This document shows positions 11,201-23,200 of a stretch of DNA of 43,949 bases, piece by piece. Under the pieces are notes generated by a model. The model saw only the letters and a program-made list of their open reading frames with translations. It was not told the DNA's origin and did no database searches. The DNA is from Catajapyx aquilonaris (Eukaryota). The stretch is from assembly GCA_000934665.2 (NCBI GenBank), contig JYFJ02003282.1:1-43949 (forward strand), in the 5' to 3' direction. The stretch's first letter is position 1, and the number at the start of each line of letters is the position of its first letter. Both the position numbers and the translations under genes were made by a program.

Positions 11201-14200
11201 GAGTAATTTGAGGTATGTACGAGGGGCGTTCATAAAGTTCCTGCCTTCGGGGTAAAAAATAGAGAAACAGTTCAAATTGCACACATGCTAGTCCTTCTCT
11301 CTATTTCAATCCTGCAGAGTCACACAATTTTCCCAGCCAGACACCATCGTTGTCGATACTATGTGCTTGGAAAATGTTTTCAACCTCTGTTGTCACGGTG
11401 GAGGGCCCTTGTGTTTCTCCCATGACCCCAAAGACCTGACGGGCTTGGGAGACCCTGTCAATAAATGAAACTGCCGCCGGCATAGCTCTTCGTGGTCATG
11501 GGAGAAACTAATGCCCCTCGACCATGACAACAGAGATTGAAAACACTTTTCAAGCACATAATGTCGACTTCTACAATGACGGTGTCTGACATGTCATACA
11601 TCGCTGGGAAATGTGTGGCTCTGCAGGATTAAAATAGGGAGAAGGACTAACACACGTGTGTAATTTGCGAGGTAATTAGAACTCTCTCTCTTTTCCTTCA
11701 ACCCAAAGCGGGAACTTCATGAACGCCACTCGTATGCTATGGGAGGTTTAGGGTGAAAAATGCTGCCATAAAATTCTTGACTTCAGTTCAAAGAAAATCA
11801 ATGCTATAATCATCCTGAAGCCATCATAGACTAATGGGAATATGCCAGAACAAAGAGAGACAAGAAACTGCATGTGTATCTTGGTTGGGAGGGAGACATA
11901 TTACTGACTTTTTAAATACACATCACAACCCTTCCCCCCCATAACTGCCCCTGCTATATTATTTTCTGCCAAATTGTTATTATTTTTCCTCTTTCTCTCT
12001 CTCTCTCCTTTTTTTTATATTATTATCCAAAGGACTTCATCTGCATGGCATGGCACCCAGGAGGATGTTGCCTTGTTCCGTTCCCTTTCCAGGTTGGTAG
12101 CTTTCATTTTTGTCTTCTTAGTGCTCTCTTTCTGGCTCGCAGCGCTTGTGCTCCCAGTCTGCACTTTTGGAAGGAACACATGGTAGCTAAGCTGCATTGT
12201 GTTGCTGCCACTTGTTCATATGAACAGTTGCCACTTGAAGACAACCAGTTTTATTGGCAGTGCTCTCATAAGTATGGCTGTGACACACTTGCACCACAGC
12301 AAAGGCATGCATTTCATATTATGCTCATCTGTGCTTTGAGTATTGTGCTTGTAAAAGCTTATGCAATGCAATTTGTGATGGCAGCCTAAATCATGGATTT
12401 TTGTAGCCTGTTGATTATTTTGGAGGTAAATATTTGGCTACATGAAAAAGAACGTTTCAGCACATGGGATATTTTGTACTTGGTAATGTTGTGGCTTGTG
12501 AGGACACTGATTCCTATATTCATTAATTATTTATACATGTAATCAGGGATATGTTGAAGCAGGACTGGTGGCAGTATTGAAATGCAGTGATTTTGTCATT
12601 TTTGGTTTTGCATAATTATGTTGCACCTGGAGAAGCAAGTGTGACAAAAATTTTCCTTTCCTACTCACAGCCCTAATTATTGGAGTTTCACATGCCAGTA
12701 TATTAACTGGTTATTGGGCCCACAAATGGTCAAGATCCAAGTGGTAATTAACACGAGAAATAAATTGTCATTTTTACATATTTGTTTTGATGGATGAAAA
12801 ATGAGCCAACTGTGAATAACAAAATATAAAAATATATCAATAAGCCTCTTTTGTAATAATGGAGAATGTCGTAACTGACTTCTCCATTTCAGTCTGTGAC
12901 ATGTTGGTGCTATAAACCAACCATAAGTGCCCACCTACATGTGTAGGTAAATCATATCACTCTGCATTTGTGAACCATAAATACAGACAATTACACTTGG
13001 AAATAACCACCACCTTAAACAGCCCAAGTAATAACATCACCAAAATGCCAGTTTCCAGATTTACAGGAGTGGATCAAATGAAAATGAGTAAAGCATAGAT
13101 ATTAAATACCAGTAATTAATTTTTTTCACTGGCTGGTTTGGATGCGACCCAATAGTAATAGTTCTGGAGTCATATGAGACTCGCAAGTTCTAGCAGTTTG
13201 CCAGTATGAAGACTGTTAGTTGTTCAGTAGGTGTGAAAGGATGGCTGTTCCCCTTCTGCTGTACACCAAGGATGGGAAGAGAGCTGTTGTACAAATTTTT
13301 ATGGCAAAAGTCTTGTTTTCATTTGATAAAGATATGTAGGTACTATATCTCATGCACTGTATCATACCACACACCAACTATGTGGAGATAATAATGTGAC
13401 CAAAACCAAATTAGCCAAGACTCCCTAGGTTTTCATACGAGTTTTCTTGCAAATAAAAACCTGTACATGTAGGTCCTTGCCTTATGGTTGGTACACATCC
13501 CTTCAGGAATGATCACTTACATAATGATAATTATGCAGGTGGTTGGGCACAAAGGGGTTAAACATCAGTATTAAGTAGTTTATTAGGAGGTATTCAGGTA
13601 GGAAGAAAGAAATTGTAATTTTCAGGGATGAGACCTTCAAGCGGAGTTTAGCCAAGCTGAGGGAAGACATTGTGAAAGCCAACGCTTTGGTTCGAGAAGC
13701 AAACTTTTTGGCGGAAGAGATGGGAAGGCAGACTGCATTCTCTGTAACTCTGCAGATCCCTCCTGCCAATCTGAGTCCCAACAGGAAGGTATGTTGCAGT
13801 TCTGAAGTACCATACACTGAAAAGACCACATTCAAAGCAGTTGAGCCCTTTAGATTTGTATTTCATGTGCATTTGTTTAAAATTTTTGTAAGCTGTCAGA
13901 GTCTTAAATTATTTTTTTGACCCACCTTCAATTTTCAATGCCTTTTACAGTGATGCATGCAAATTGTTCAAAATGAAACATTGTAACATTCTTGGTGCTG
14001 TATTTACAGAGGGGTGCCTTTGTGAGTGAGCCAGCTATTCTGGTGAAACGTAAGGGCAAGGGTAGCCAGGTATGGTCCATGGAGAAGCTGGAGAACAAAG
14101 TCGTTGACATGAGGGATATGTACACTGAGAGGCGTGACAAAGGGCTTCCACTGAAGGAAGATCTTGAAGTTAATGGTGTTTCCAAGGGCCATGATCCTTT

Positions 14201-17200
14201 TTATGAGTCCCAGGAGAATCACAACCTTATTGGTGTGGCCAACATATTTTTGGAGGTGCTCTTCCATGACGTTCGACTTGATTACCATGTTCCTATCATC
14301 AGCCAACAAGGGGAGGTGGCTGGGCGTCTGCAGGTATACAGCAGCATGAAACTTTTACTTCCAAGTTATAAATTAATTTTATCATTTAATTAGCTACTTT
14401 AGTGAGACACACAATAATACTATTTACGTGCCCCTCTCATGATAGGTTGAGATAGGACGCATTGAAGGCCACTTCCCACAAGACCGGTTGTGTGAAGCAG
14501 CATCTGACTGTTCTGCAGACAGTGGAAGTGGTAGTGATGACAACTTTAATGGATCACCTTCTGTTACATGCCGGGTGAGTTTCTATGCGCATCTGTTATG
14601 AGGGAATGAAACCAGGACACTAATGAGTCGACGCCCTGGGAAACTCAAATTGATGTTTTCTTCAGGTGACCATCAAACAAGCAAGTGGTCTGCCTCCATC
14701 CCTGTCCAACTTTGTTTTCTGCCAGTACTCATTTTGGGGCCAGGCAGATAGTGTGGTAGTCCCTCCTGTGGTGAGCCCTGAATTTCCAGCAGTAGCCAGG
14801 GCACCAGAAATTAGGAGAGGGAGCTCCAGGGAAGCAGTCAGCTTCCAGTTTGAGCATACACGTGACTTTACTGTTCCAATAGCAGAAGAGTTTGTGGAGC
14901 ACTGTTCAGAAGGTGCTCTGTCCATTGAAGTGTGGGGGCACCGGAGTGCAGGCTTCACGAGATCTCGACCTGGGTGGGAGGTGGAACAGCAGCTGGCCAA
15001 GGCACGCTCTCTGGCTGACAGGTATTTTTTATAGTTAACCAATTTGTATAAAAATATGACAATATGTACGAATGTGGCATTTAAAAAAGTTCTTATTAGG
15101 AAGGGGTGCATATACAGTAAATCCTCACTCTTTGCTTGCTCTGTGTTTGTAGATTTGCTTATTTGTGCGAGATAATGTGTAACCCATATTTTGCCATTCA
15201 AGGGCTCCTTTTGGGCATTCGAGGTCAAGCACTTCATATATGTGCCATAGGCAAAAATTTTAGGCACCTACCTCACAATGTTCCAGATGGGGTCCTCCCT
15301 ACTTGCACATTTCATTGTCTATAAAATACATTTATAAATGCACTACATAATAAATTTGATAAGCTGTTTGTCACAAGAAGGGTACGTGAAATTATTTCGT
15401 GATGATCAGTAGCACAAGTGTGTGATGAAAAGGGTCCCATAGGAACATAACCCTCTTTCTTTCATAGGATCTTTATTAATGGATGCACATATTCACTGAG
15501 TTGTCAAGGAACCTAACCTCTGCAAATAGTGAGGATTGACTACTGGGTGGTATGCTGCCTTAGTTGACACCTCCAGCAATGGGCCAGGTTAAAATATGAT
15601 GAATTACTTGTACCTGTTTGCATGACCACTGCAGGCCCACGTCCACATTGGGATCTGCCAATGGGAATGCATATTCACTACTGGAGTGAGGGATCTGTCA
15701 TATTTTTCCCTGTACCAATTGTCACGGGTCTCATCTAATAATACATAGCATACTACGTATCAAAGTACATTAAATGTCTTGAATGTGGCTGGAGATGTAT
15801 ATCATGCAACCCACAATATTCACTTCTTTAAGGCAGATTAAAGTTATCCCTGCTCTATGGGCATGTCTCAGAGTGATTTTGAATTGCGTTGTGACCTGCG
15901 TGCCTTCCAGATGGAGTGAACTGACCCGCAAGATAGAACTGTGGGTAGACATCCAAGAACTTAATGAGCAAGGAGAGTATGCCCCAGTGGAGGTGCAGCC
16001 CAACAAGGGTGACATCCTAACTGGTGGAGTTTACCAACTACGTCAAGGCCAGCAGAGGCGCGTCTTAGCTCGTGTCCAGCCTGTACACCGTTCTGGCACA
16101 CTTCCCATCATATGCGAATCCATTGTAAGCCTGGCAGTGGGGTCTGTCTGTGTGCGATCCAAGCTGCAGCGTCCTCTAGATTCCTACCAGGAAGAAGACC
16201 TCGCACTCTTACGGGACAAGTGGAGTGATGCCCTAATGAGAAGAAGACAGTATCTGGACCAGCAGATTCAAAAGATCATCAACAAGCCTGGTGTGTATTT
16301 CTGATTTTTATGAGGTTGTAGACGTAAAATCCTAAATGTCTGTGGGACCACATTGCTTCACCCGCTCATTTCATAAAAATCCTAGATTTTGCTTCACATG
16401 CAACTTCAACTTACCAGAATTCATAAGGTCTAGACTCATTTTTGCCTGCTTTACAGTTAGCTTAAATAGGAATTTTTACCTGAAGCTTTAGCTTTAGTTG
16501 GTAGGAGGTGAGAGTTGATGACAGTGTAATATATGTATAAAATTTTAAACATGTTTTTGGAGAAGATATTCATTGTTAATGAAAATAGGTCACTTTTACT
16601 CATATAATGGGGCTTGTTTTTTTTTGATCCAGACAAGACGGAGCAAGACAATGAGAGGGAGCAGAGCTTGGTGGATCAGTGGGTTAGCTTGACTGAAGAA
16701 AGGAATGCAGTTTTGGTGCCATCTCCTGGGTCCGGTATACCAGGAGCACCGGCTGATTGGGAACCACCTCCTGGAATGGAAATACACATACCCGTCCTTT
16801 TTCTAGACCTGAATGGTGCGTCATAGAGTTTAGGACATGAGGCATGGAGTAGCATTGTGTCCTTAGACACCCTGTTTTTCAATAATATTTACACATGATG
16901 TAATCATGTTGTCTAGTGCCATAGGTTTTTGTAATGATGATTCACAAAAACATGATTGTAATAATTTTTTTTGCAACTTCTCTAAACTTAATTTTTTGCA
17001 CTGAGCACCTGAGAATTTTGTCTTTACTCATGCCATTATTATTATGGAGCAGGAATAATTTTTGACATGCTCTCAATTAAACAGCTGATGATCTGTCCAC
17101 TCAAACTGGAGGGGAAGAGGTTCCTACTGCCGGACACAACTCAATCCTTCCAAAAGAACATGGGGGCAAGTTCTTTCCCTTACCTTTTATCAGGCACTAT

Positions 17201-20200
17201 GAGAAAGATGTGTGTGCTGTGGTAGCATGGGACTCCTCCATTCATGATAGTGCACATCTAAACAGGGTCACCCAAGGTACAGTAACCTTAGTATCACTAG
17301 TTGCTTTTAATGATAATGATAAACATTGCTGCTGCTACTGCTGTCACTACATGCTGTATATGTAATTTTTTGTTACAGCCCATGAACGGGTTTATCTCAT
17401 CTTGAAAGCAGTAGTTAGACTTTCCCATCCAGCCACTATGGAAATTGTTCTTCGCAAGCGACTTTGCATTAACATATACAAGCGGCAAAGCCTCACTGAC
17501 AAAATTCGTAGGAGGATTGTACGATCTGACAACCTTTGCCGCAGTGGTGTGACCTATGAAGTTGTCTCAAACATTCCTAAGGTTAGTGTCCCTTATTTTA
17601 TTCTTCAGAATTTAAGAAGGTGTACGCTATATTTAAAACATCTAATGTTCTAGGCAAGTGAGGAGCTAGAAGAGAGAGAATCATTAGCCCAGATGGCAGC
17701 TTCTGGAGAAGAGGTGTCAATGAGTGATGGGGAGACCTACATCGAGAAGTACACCAGGGGTGTAAGTGCTGTGGAGAGCATACTTACTCTGGACCGGCTC
17801 AGGCAGAGTGTGGCTGTGAAGGAACTGCTTCAAGCACAAGGCAGGCCCCTCATGCGAAAGACTGCCAGTGTACCAAATATTTCCTATGTGAGTCATTCTT
17901 TTGTACCTATTGAATTTGATTTTCTTCTCACGCGAGAATTCAGCATAAAGCTTACACATAGTTGCTTGGAGTGATAGAAGTAAAATCCTGCATTTGGAAA
18001 GGAACCAAATGAAATTAATGTGATTTGGTGTACATTTATCCCTCCCCCTCCCTATTACTTTAAAACAATCAGCTACTTTTCTCCAACATGACTTGATTTA
18101 AGACATAATTAAAAAGTCTAGCAAGTAAGATAGGTAGTTTGTAGAATTCCTGTTCTGTTTGGTCTGCCAAGATTTTTTATGCACATCGTGCTTGATAGGG
18201 TCTATAATAGAAAAGTGAAAGCAAGAATTAGCAAGCATTCTTCGTGATCTGAGATGGATGGGTCAAAATATTGGGCATTTGCAAATTTTTCAGATTCCAA
18301 ATGACTACTGAAGGCATTAAAAACCTGTAGTAATTTTAATTTTTTAATGATATTGATAGATGACAATGTATTTTTTGAGTCTCATATTGCTCTCTAAAAC
18401 TGATATTTAAAGAACATATTGATTGTGTAATTCTTTTTGCATCATATGGCAACACTCCAAATGGGGTATTATGATGAGATATTGCATCCAGTTCATTAAT
18501 GTAAGTTTTTGTGGAAAATGTGACTCACTTTTTTGTGTTCATCTGCTAATGTGAGGAAATATTCATAAGTAAAAATTATTACTATTTCATAGCACTTTCT
18601 ACAGCCAATTTCAACTTGAAAAATTGCGAATTTGCGACATTTTGACCCCTGAATCTTAGATCAAGTGTGTAGGTTTCACTTTTCTCATAGATGCTATCAG
18701 GTACCATTTATTTCAAAAATTTTAGTGGACCCAGCGAATAGGTCTTCTACAGATTACGTGTCTTTAAATGCATTGGTTAGAGTGTGCATTATGCAGCATT
18801 CTAAGTAGAATTTTAACCTGCAAAGGAACTAATAATGTATTTGCTTCTCTCTCTGAATTGTCAGCTTCTGCGTGGTGAGGAAAGTATGGAAGGACCACCA
18901 AGGTCAGAGAGTGTTAATGATCTTAATGCTGAGCTGCTAACAGGCAGAGAACGAACTAGAGGCGGATCCCTTCATGCGGAACATGATGGACTTCCTTCAT
19001 CTTCAACGAAACCATTTGGACTGGGTATGTTTAACCATTTAATTTTCTATTGCTTGGGCCTTTGGGTGGCTGGGTCAGGTGGAGAGAAGTTGTGCAGCTT
19101 AAAGCAGATCATGTGTGGGGACACTCGCCTACTATTGTGTATGGCTTTATTGAATAATATTAACACTGGGTGATCATTTCAATTTGATATCTTGCCGCAC
19201 TGTCAAGCTATTATTACCTGGAAGGGTTTCAAAGGTTGTATATACAGTACTTACATTATGTTGTACTAACGTTTGTGAGGGTTAAATGGCTTGCAATTGT
19301 ATTAATTGTATATCAGATATACTGCCACTACAGTTACCCTGCATCCATGAGGACCAATATGTATGAAGAGTCATAAAAGAGCCTGTACAGCTGAAAAACT
19401 TGACAAGAGTGTTGGGCTGTTTGTTGGAAATTGTAAAGTCTGTCATGGTTGGAAAAAATGCAGCTGAATTATACAATAAGGCAGATGAGCAACATTCAAC
19501 CTCACTGCACATTGCAGATATGACTTTTTACTCATTCACTACAGATATGCACATATATGCAAATTATGTACTGGTAGGAATTTGTAGGGACTTTAAACAG
19601 AAGATCAGTGGAAGAATGTATGGTGCATGACTCTCAGGGGACTTTTCTGAACAGTGGCCATAACTACTATATGCCCTGGTGTGCCTTACTTTGTGGCTAT
19701 CAGATCTCACCTCTCAAGGTTCCCTAAAGTTAGGTTCAGCTAAAATTTCGCAAGTATCATGTGGCATGCACAACGTACGGTATATATTTGAAATCGAATT
19801 TTAACTCTTCATGCAACATGGGGTTATTTTATAGATATGAATTTCACTACAGATGGATTAAATGTAGTGGAAGTGTGGAAATATGACTTCCTGATGTGCA
19901 TGCTCAATAGTGAATTTAGATGCCACCCACCAACTGGCAGGAGAAGCTCGAAGTAGTTGACATGGCGGGAGCCACAACATTACAAACAATCAACAACTAT
20001 ACTATACTTGGACTCCTCTTCATTGGTCCTCCCCCAGTGGCGCATTTGAATGATCTCTTGTTGCAATCTACTCTTGTTGCAACATACATGCCCTATTGCA
20101 CCAATGGAAATTGACTGATCTGATAGCTCCTAATGGATCGTTAAGAGAGTTCTAATGGTCTGTTAGGAGCTATCGAATCAGTAATTTCGTTGGTGCAATC

Positions 20201-23200
20201 AGGCAACAGGGAACGAAATATTGTTACTGACATTCACTCTTATCACATACGAGAGCAAAGACAGCACCAGTGTTACAGTTAACTCGTTGGAGTTCTTACT
20301 CCAACTCCATCGTTATGTTTGTTGTTATGCGATATAATTAATGTGAAAAGCAGACATTGATACAATTGCTCTTAAGTGTTAACAACTACATTGCTTGATT
20401 TTACTGTTCAAAGTCAGTGAATGTAAGTTGATTTAACAAGTTTCAGTTTACAAATTTGGATTACATGATGGTTGGTAGAAAGAGGTGTAGTACACTACTT
20501 GAATGAAGTGTGTTAGATTAATTAGGTGATGCAAACAATTCATAGCACAACTGAAGGATTACACTACTAGCGTGGATAATAAGCTCCTTCATCGTGGACA
20601 AGTGTATGTGTGTGGCTCATTATTATTAATGTATAGGTGTGTGTTTGTGTGGATGTATGAGAGTCTGGGTTTATGAGTGATTGTGTGCATTGGTGTGCGA
20701 GGTTTTCCCCTTCCCCCCTTGTCTCATCTCTTTTCCTGTGCATTTTCTCACGCCACCTAGGGCCCCTCCTCACAGGTAACATTGGCCTGCTGCCTCCGTA
20801 GAGCTGTTGCTAGCATGTTTGAGACTCCTGTCCACACATTGTAGACTACTTAACCCCCTAGTCCATCCAATTTGACATCCACTCTTCTGTTCCTCTCCCA
20901 TTGCAGTACTGAGTAGGTTTCCAATCATGTGGCTTTGTTGGTCAGTCCCAGCTGGCAGTGGCCTCACTGGCTGCTCCTGACGACGTGGCACTTGACTGGA
21001 TGTGTAGTGGTCAATTTTTTTTATCGTCCCGAGGGTCAGCTGGTTTGTGGAATAGGCTGGGAAGGGGGAGATGGGTTTCAAGTACTCTTGGTCAGGTTTT
21101 GAGATCTATTCTTGGCAGCCAGCAGTTGAGTACATCTGCATGCTAGGGGCAGCCATGCTATGTTGGAAGGCCGTAGAGAGTTGAAGGGATCTTCAGGTCC
21201 CAGCTGTTCGGTGTACTACATAATTATTAGGAATTTGTGTGTTGTTGAATAGACAAGTCCTGTTTATGGGTAACTTGCATGGTGCCTGTCAGGTCTTAGG
21301 AGTTGTAGCTTACCAGTTTAAAAAATAATTTATGAAAGGAGTCCATCCATCACTTTTATTTGGAACTCACACTACGCAGATGTTTGGGATTTTCTCATGC
21401 TTTTGCCTGCTTTTGTTTTGACCTTATTTTATCACTACCATTCCTTGATTCCCTTTTCCTTTATAAGAAAGTTTGTTTCCCTTCTACTTGCTTACATGTG
21501 GTGTTACGTGTGCAGTGATAACTCCAAACATGACGGATCCCATAACACAGGATTACTGAATTCTCAATAGGAGACTGCATGATTGGCATGAAGTGTGTTG
21601 GATTCATGTCTAGGGGGAATGAGTGGTATTGATTAGGCTTCTCTGGTGTAATGTACAGCATATAACATATTTTCAGAGTTCTTTTTAAAATTACTAATTT
21701 TAATTTGACTTGGATACTTCATATTGTCCTCTCAAGCAGTGTCTAACCTGAAGTAATTGTGCAGTATGGCCAAATTCTTGTGGCCTTGTATCACAAGGTG
21801 ATCCTCCTAAGAAAATAACAAGAGACCATAATTTCACATGGATCACTAATCATTCTCAAGTACTACTGGAAATCTTGACAGACTTGGTTGATCACCTTGT
21901 GCAGTTTTACTTCTGAAGGTGTGAGGGGAGGGAAATGAAAGAAGACTGGAGAGAAGAGAAGGTTTGTTGGTGGGTTTGGATAATATCTGTAGGGATGAGG
22001 TCCTTGACAATATCATGTACTGATAGAAGCCCTTTTCCACACCTTTTCTGATCCACTTTACACCTATTTTCCTGTCTTAATATCCTATTTCCTTACCAAT
22101 TGCCTTCCCTCTCTCTTGCTTTCTTTCCCTCTCTCTTTTTTTTTCCTGGCGGGTGTCTACTTGCAGCCCGACCCACCTTCCTCAACCTCAACTTTACTCT
22201 GAACTCGTTGCGCCTGCAGCCGTCGGGGCCCAAGTGTAGGTCTTACTTCTCTTCTGCTTGTGTCTCCTTCTGTTAAAGCAGGAATCAGCATAGATAGATA
22301 TCTTCTGTTTCACAACCGTTGTAGTATAAAATAATGTGATATTTTAAGACAATTCTATAAAATACTACATGTAATGGCCCACAGCATAGTACTATACTGG
22401 ATATTGCAACATTTTCAAATCAAGAGGAATGTAATAGGACATTTCATTTGACAATTAGTCATTTATTTCATGGTCACAGTTCTCATCTACAACTTCTCAT
22501 GAGAGCTGTTTTCCAACTGCATCTGCCTGTTGTACTTGGCTGTCTTTTTTGTATGCTTTTTTGTTAAGTGTAGGGAAAAGGATCTCTGTTTATTTCAATG
22601 TCACGGTAATATGCTCTTAGTAATATTACTTGTTTTTAAAGCTTAGTACAGTTGCATCATCTGGATAGTTGGGGAGGTCAGTGAGGGCCAGCAGAGCACA
22701 CAGTTGCTTTAATACCCACTGCATGTGCTTGGTGTTAATAAATGGCCACATCACCTTGTTCTGAAGAGCATGGAAGAAGGTGATGATGGAGAGGGACGGG
22801 GAGTAAGGATGCTGCATCATCGGGAGTGTCAGGGTTGCATGTTGCTGTCATTTAAAACACTGCATATCCAAAAGGTACTGATACTGTGTTGGTTTGTGTA
22901 GCTACTCCAAGCCCAGGATCAGTTAAGATGGCCCCTAGGATGACCACGTTGCATGAAGAGCAGTATGTGCGGGAAGCAGCTCCTCTGCTAGACAGAGGGG
23001 GAGATAGCGAAGAAGAGATTATCAGGGAGGAGGATGAAGAGGAGGAGGAAGAAGAAGAGGAAGCGGAAGAGGAGGAAGAGGAGGAGGAGGAGGAGGAGGA
23101 TGGAGCTGAGAAGCCAGGTGTTGGAGGTCAGCAATCAGAAGGTGTGATGCAGTGCAATGACATCATTCACCACCACAGTACAGAGGTGTCAGAGGCATCA

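Noticed and set aside
21468..21500. 33-nt phase-1 exon after a pyrimidine tract
   Set aside because: AAG acceptor combined with a poor GTGTTA donor; too weak to support.
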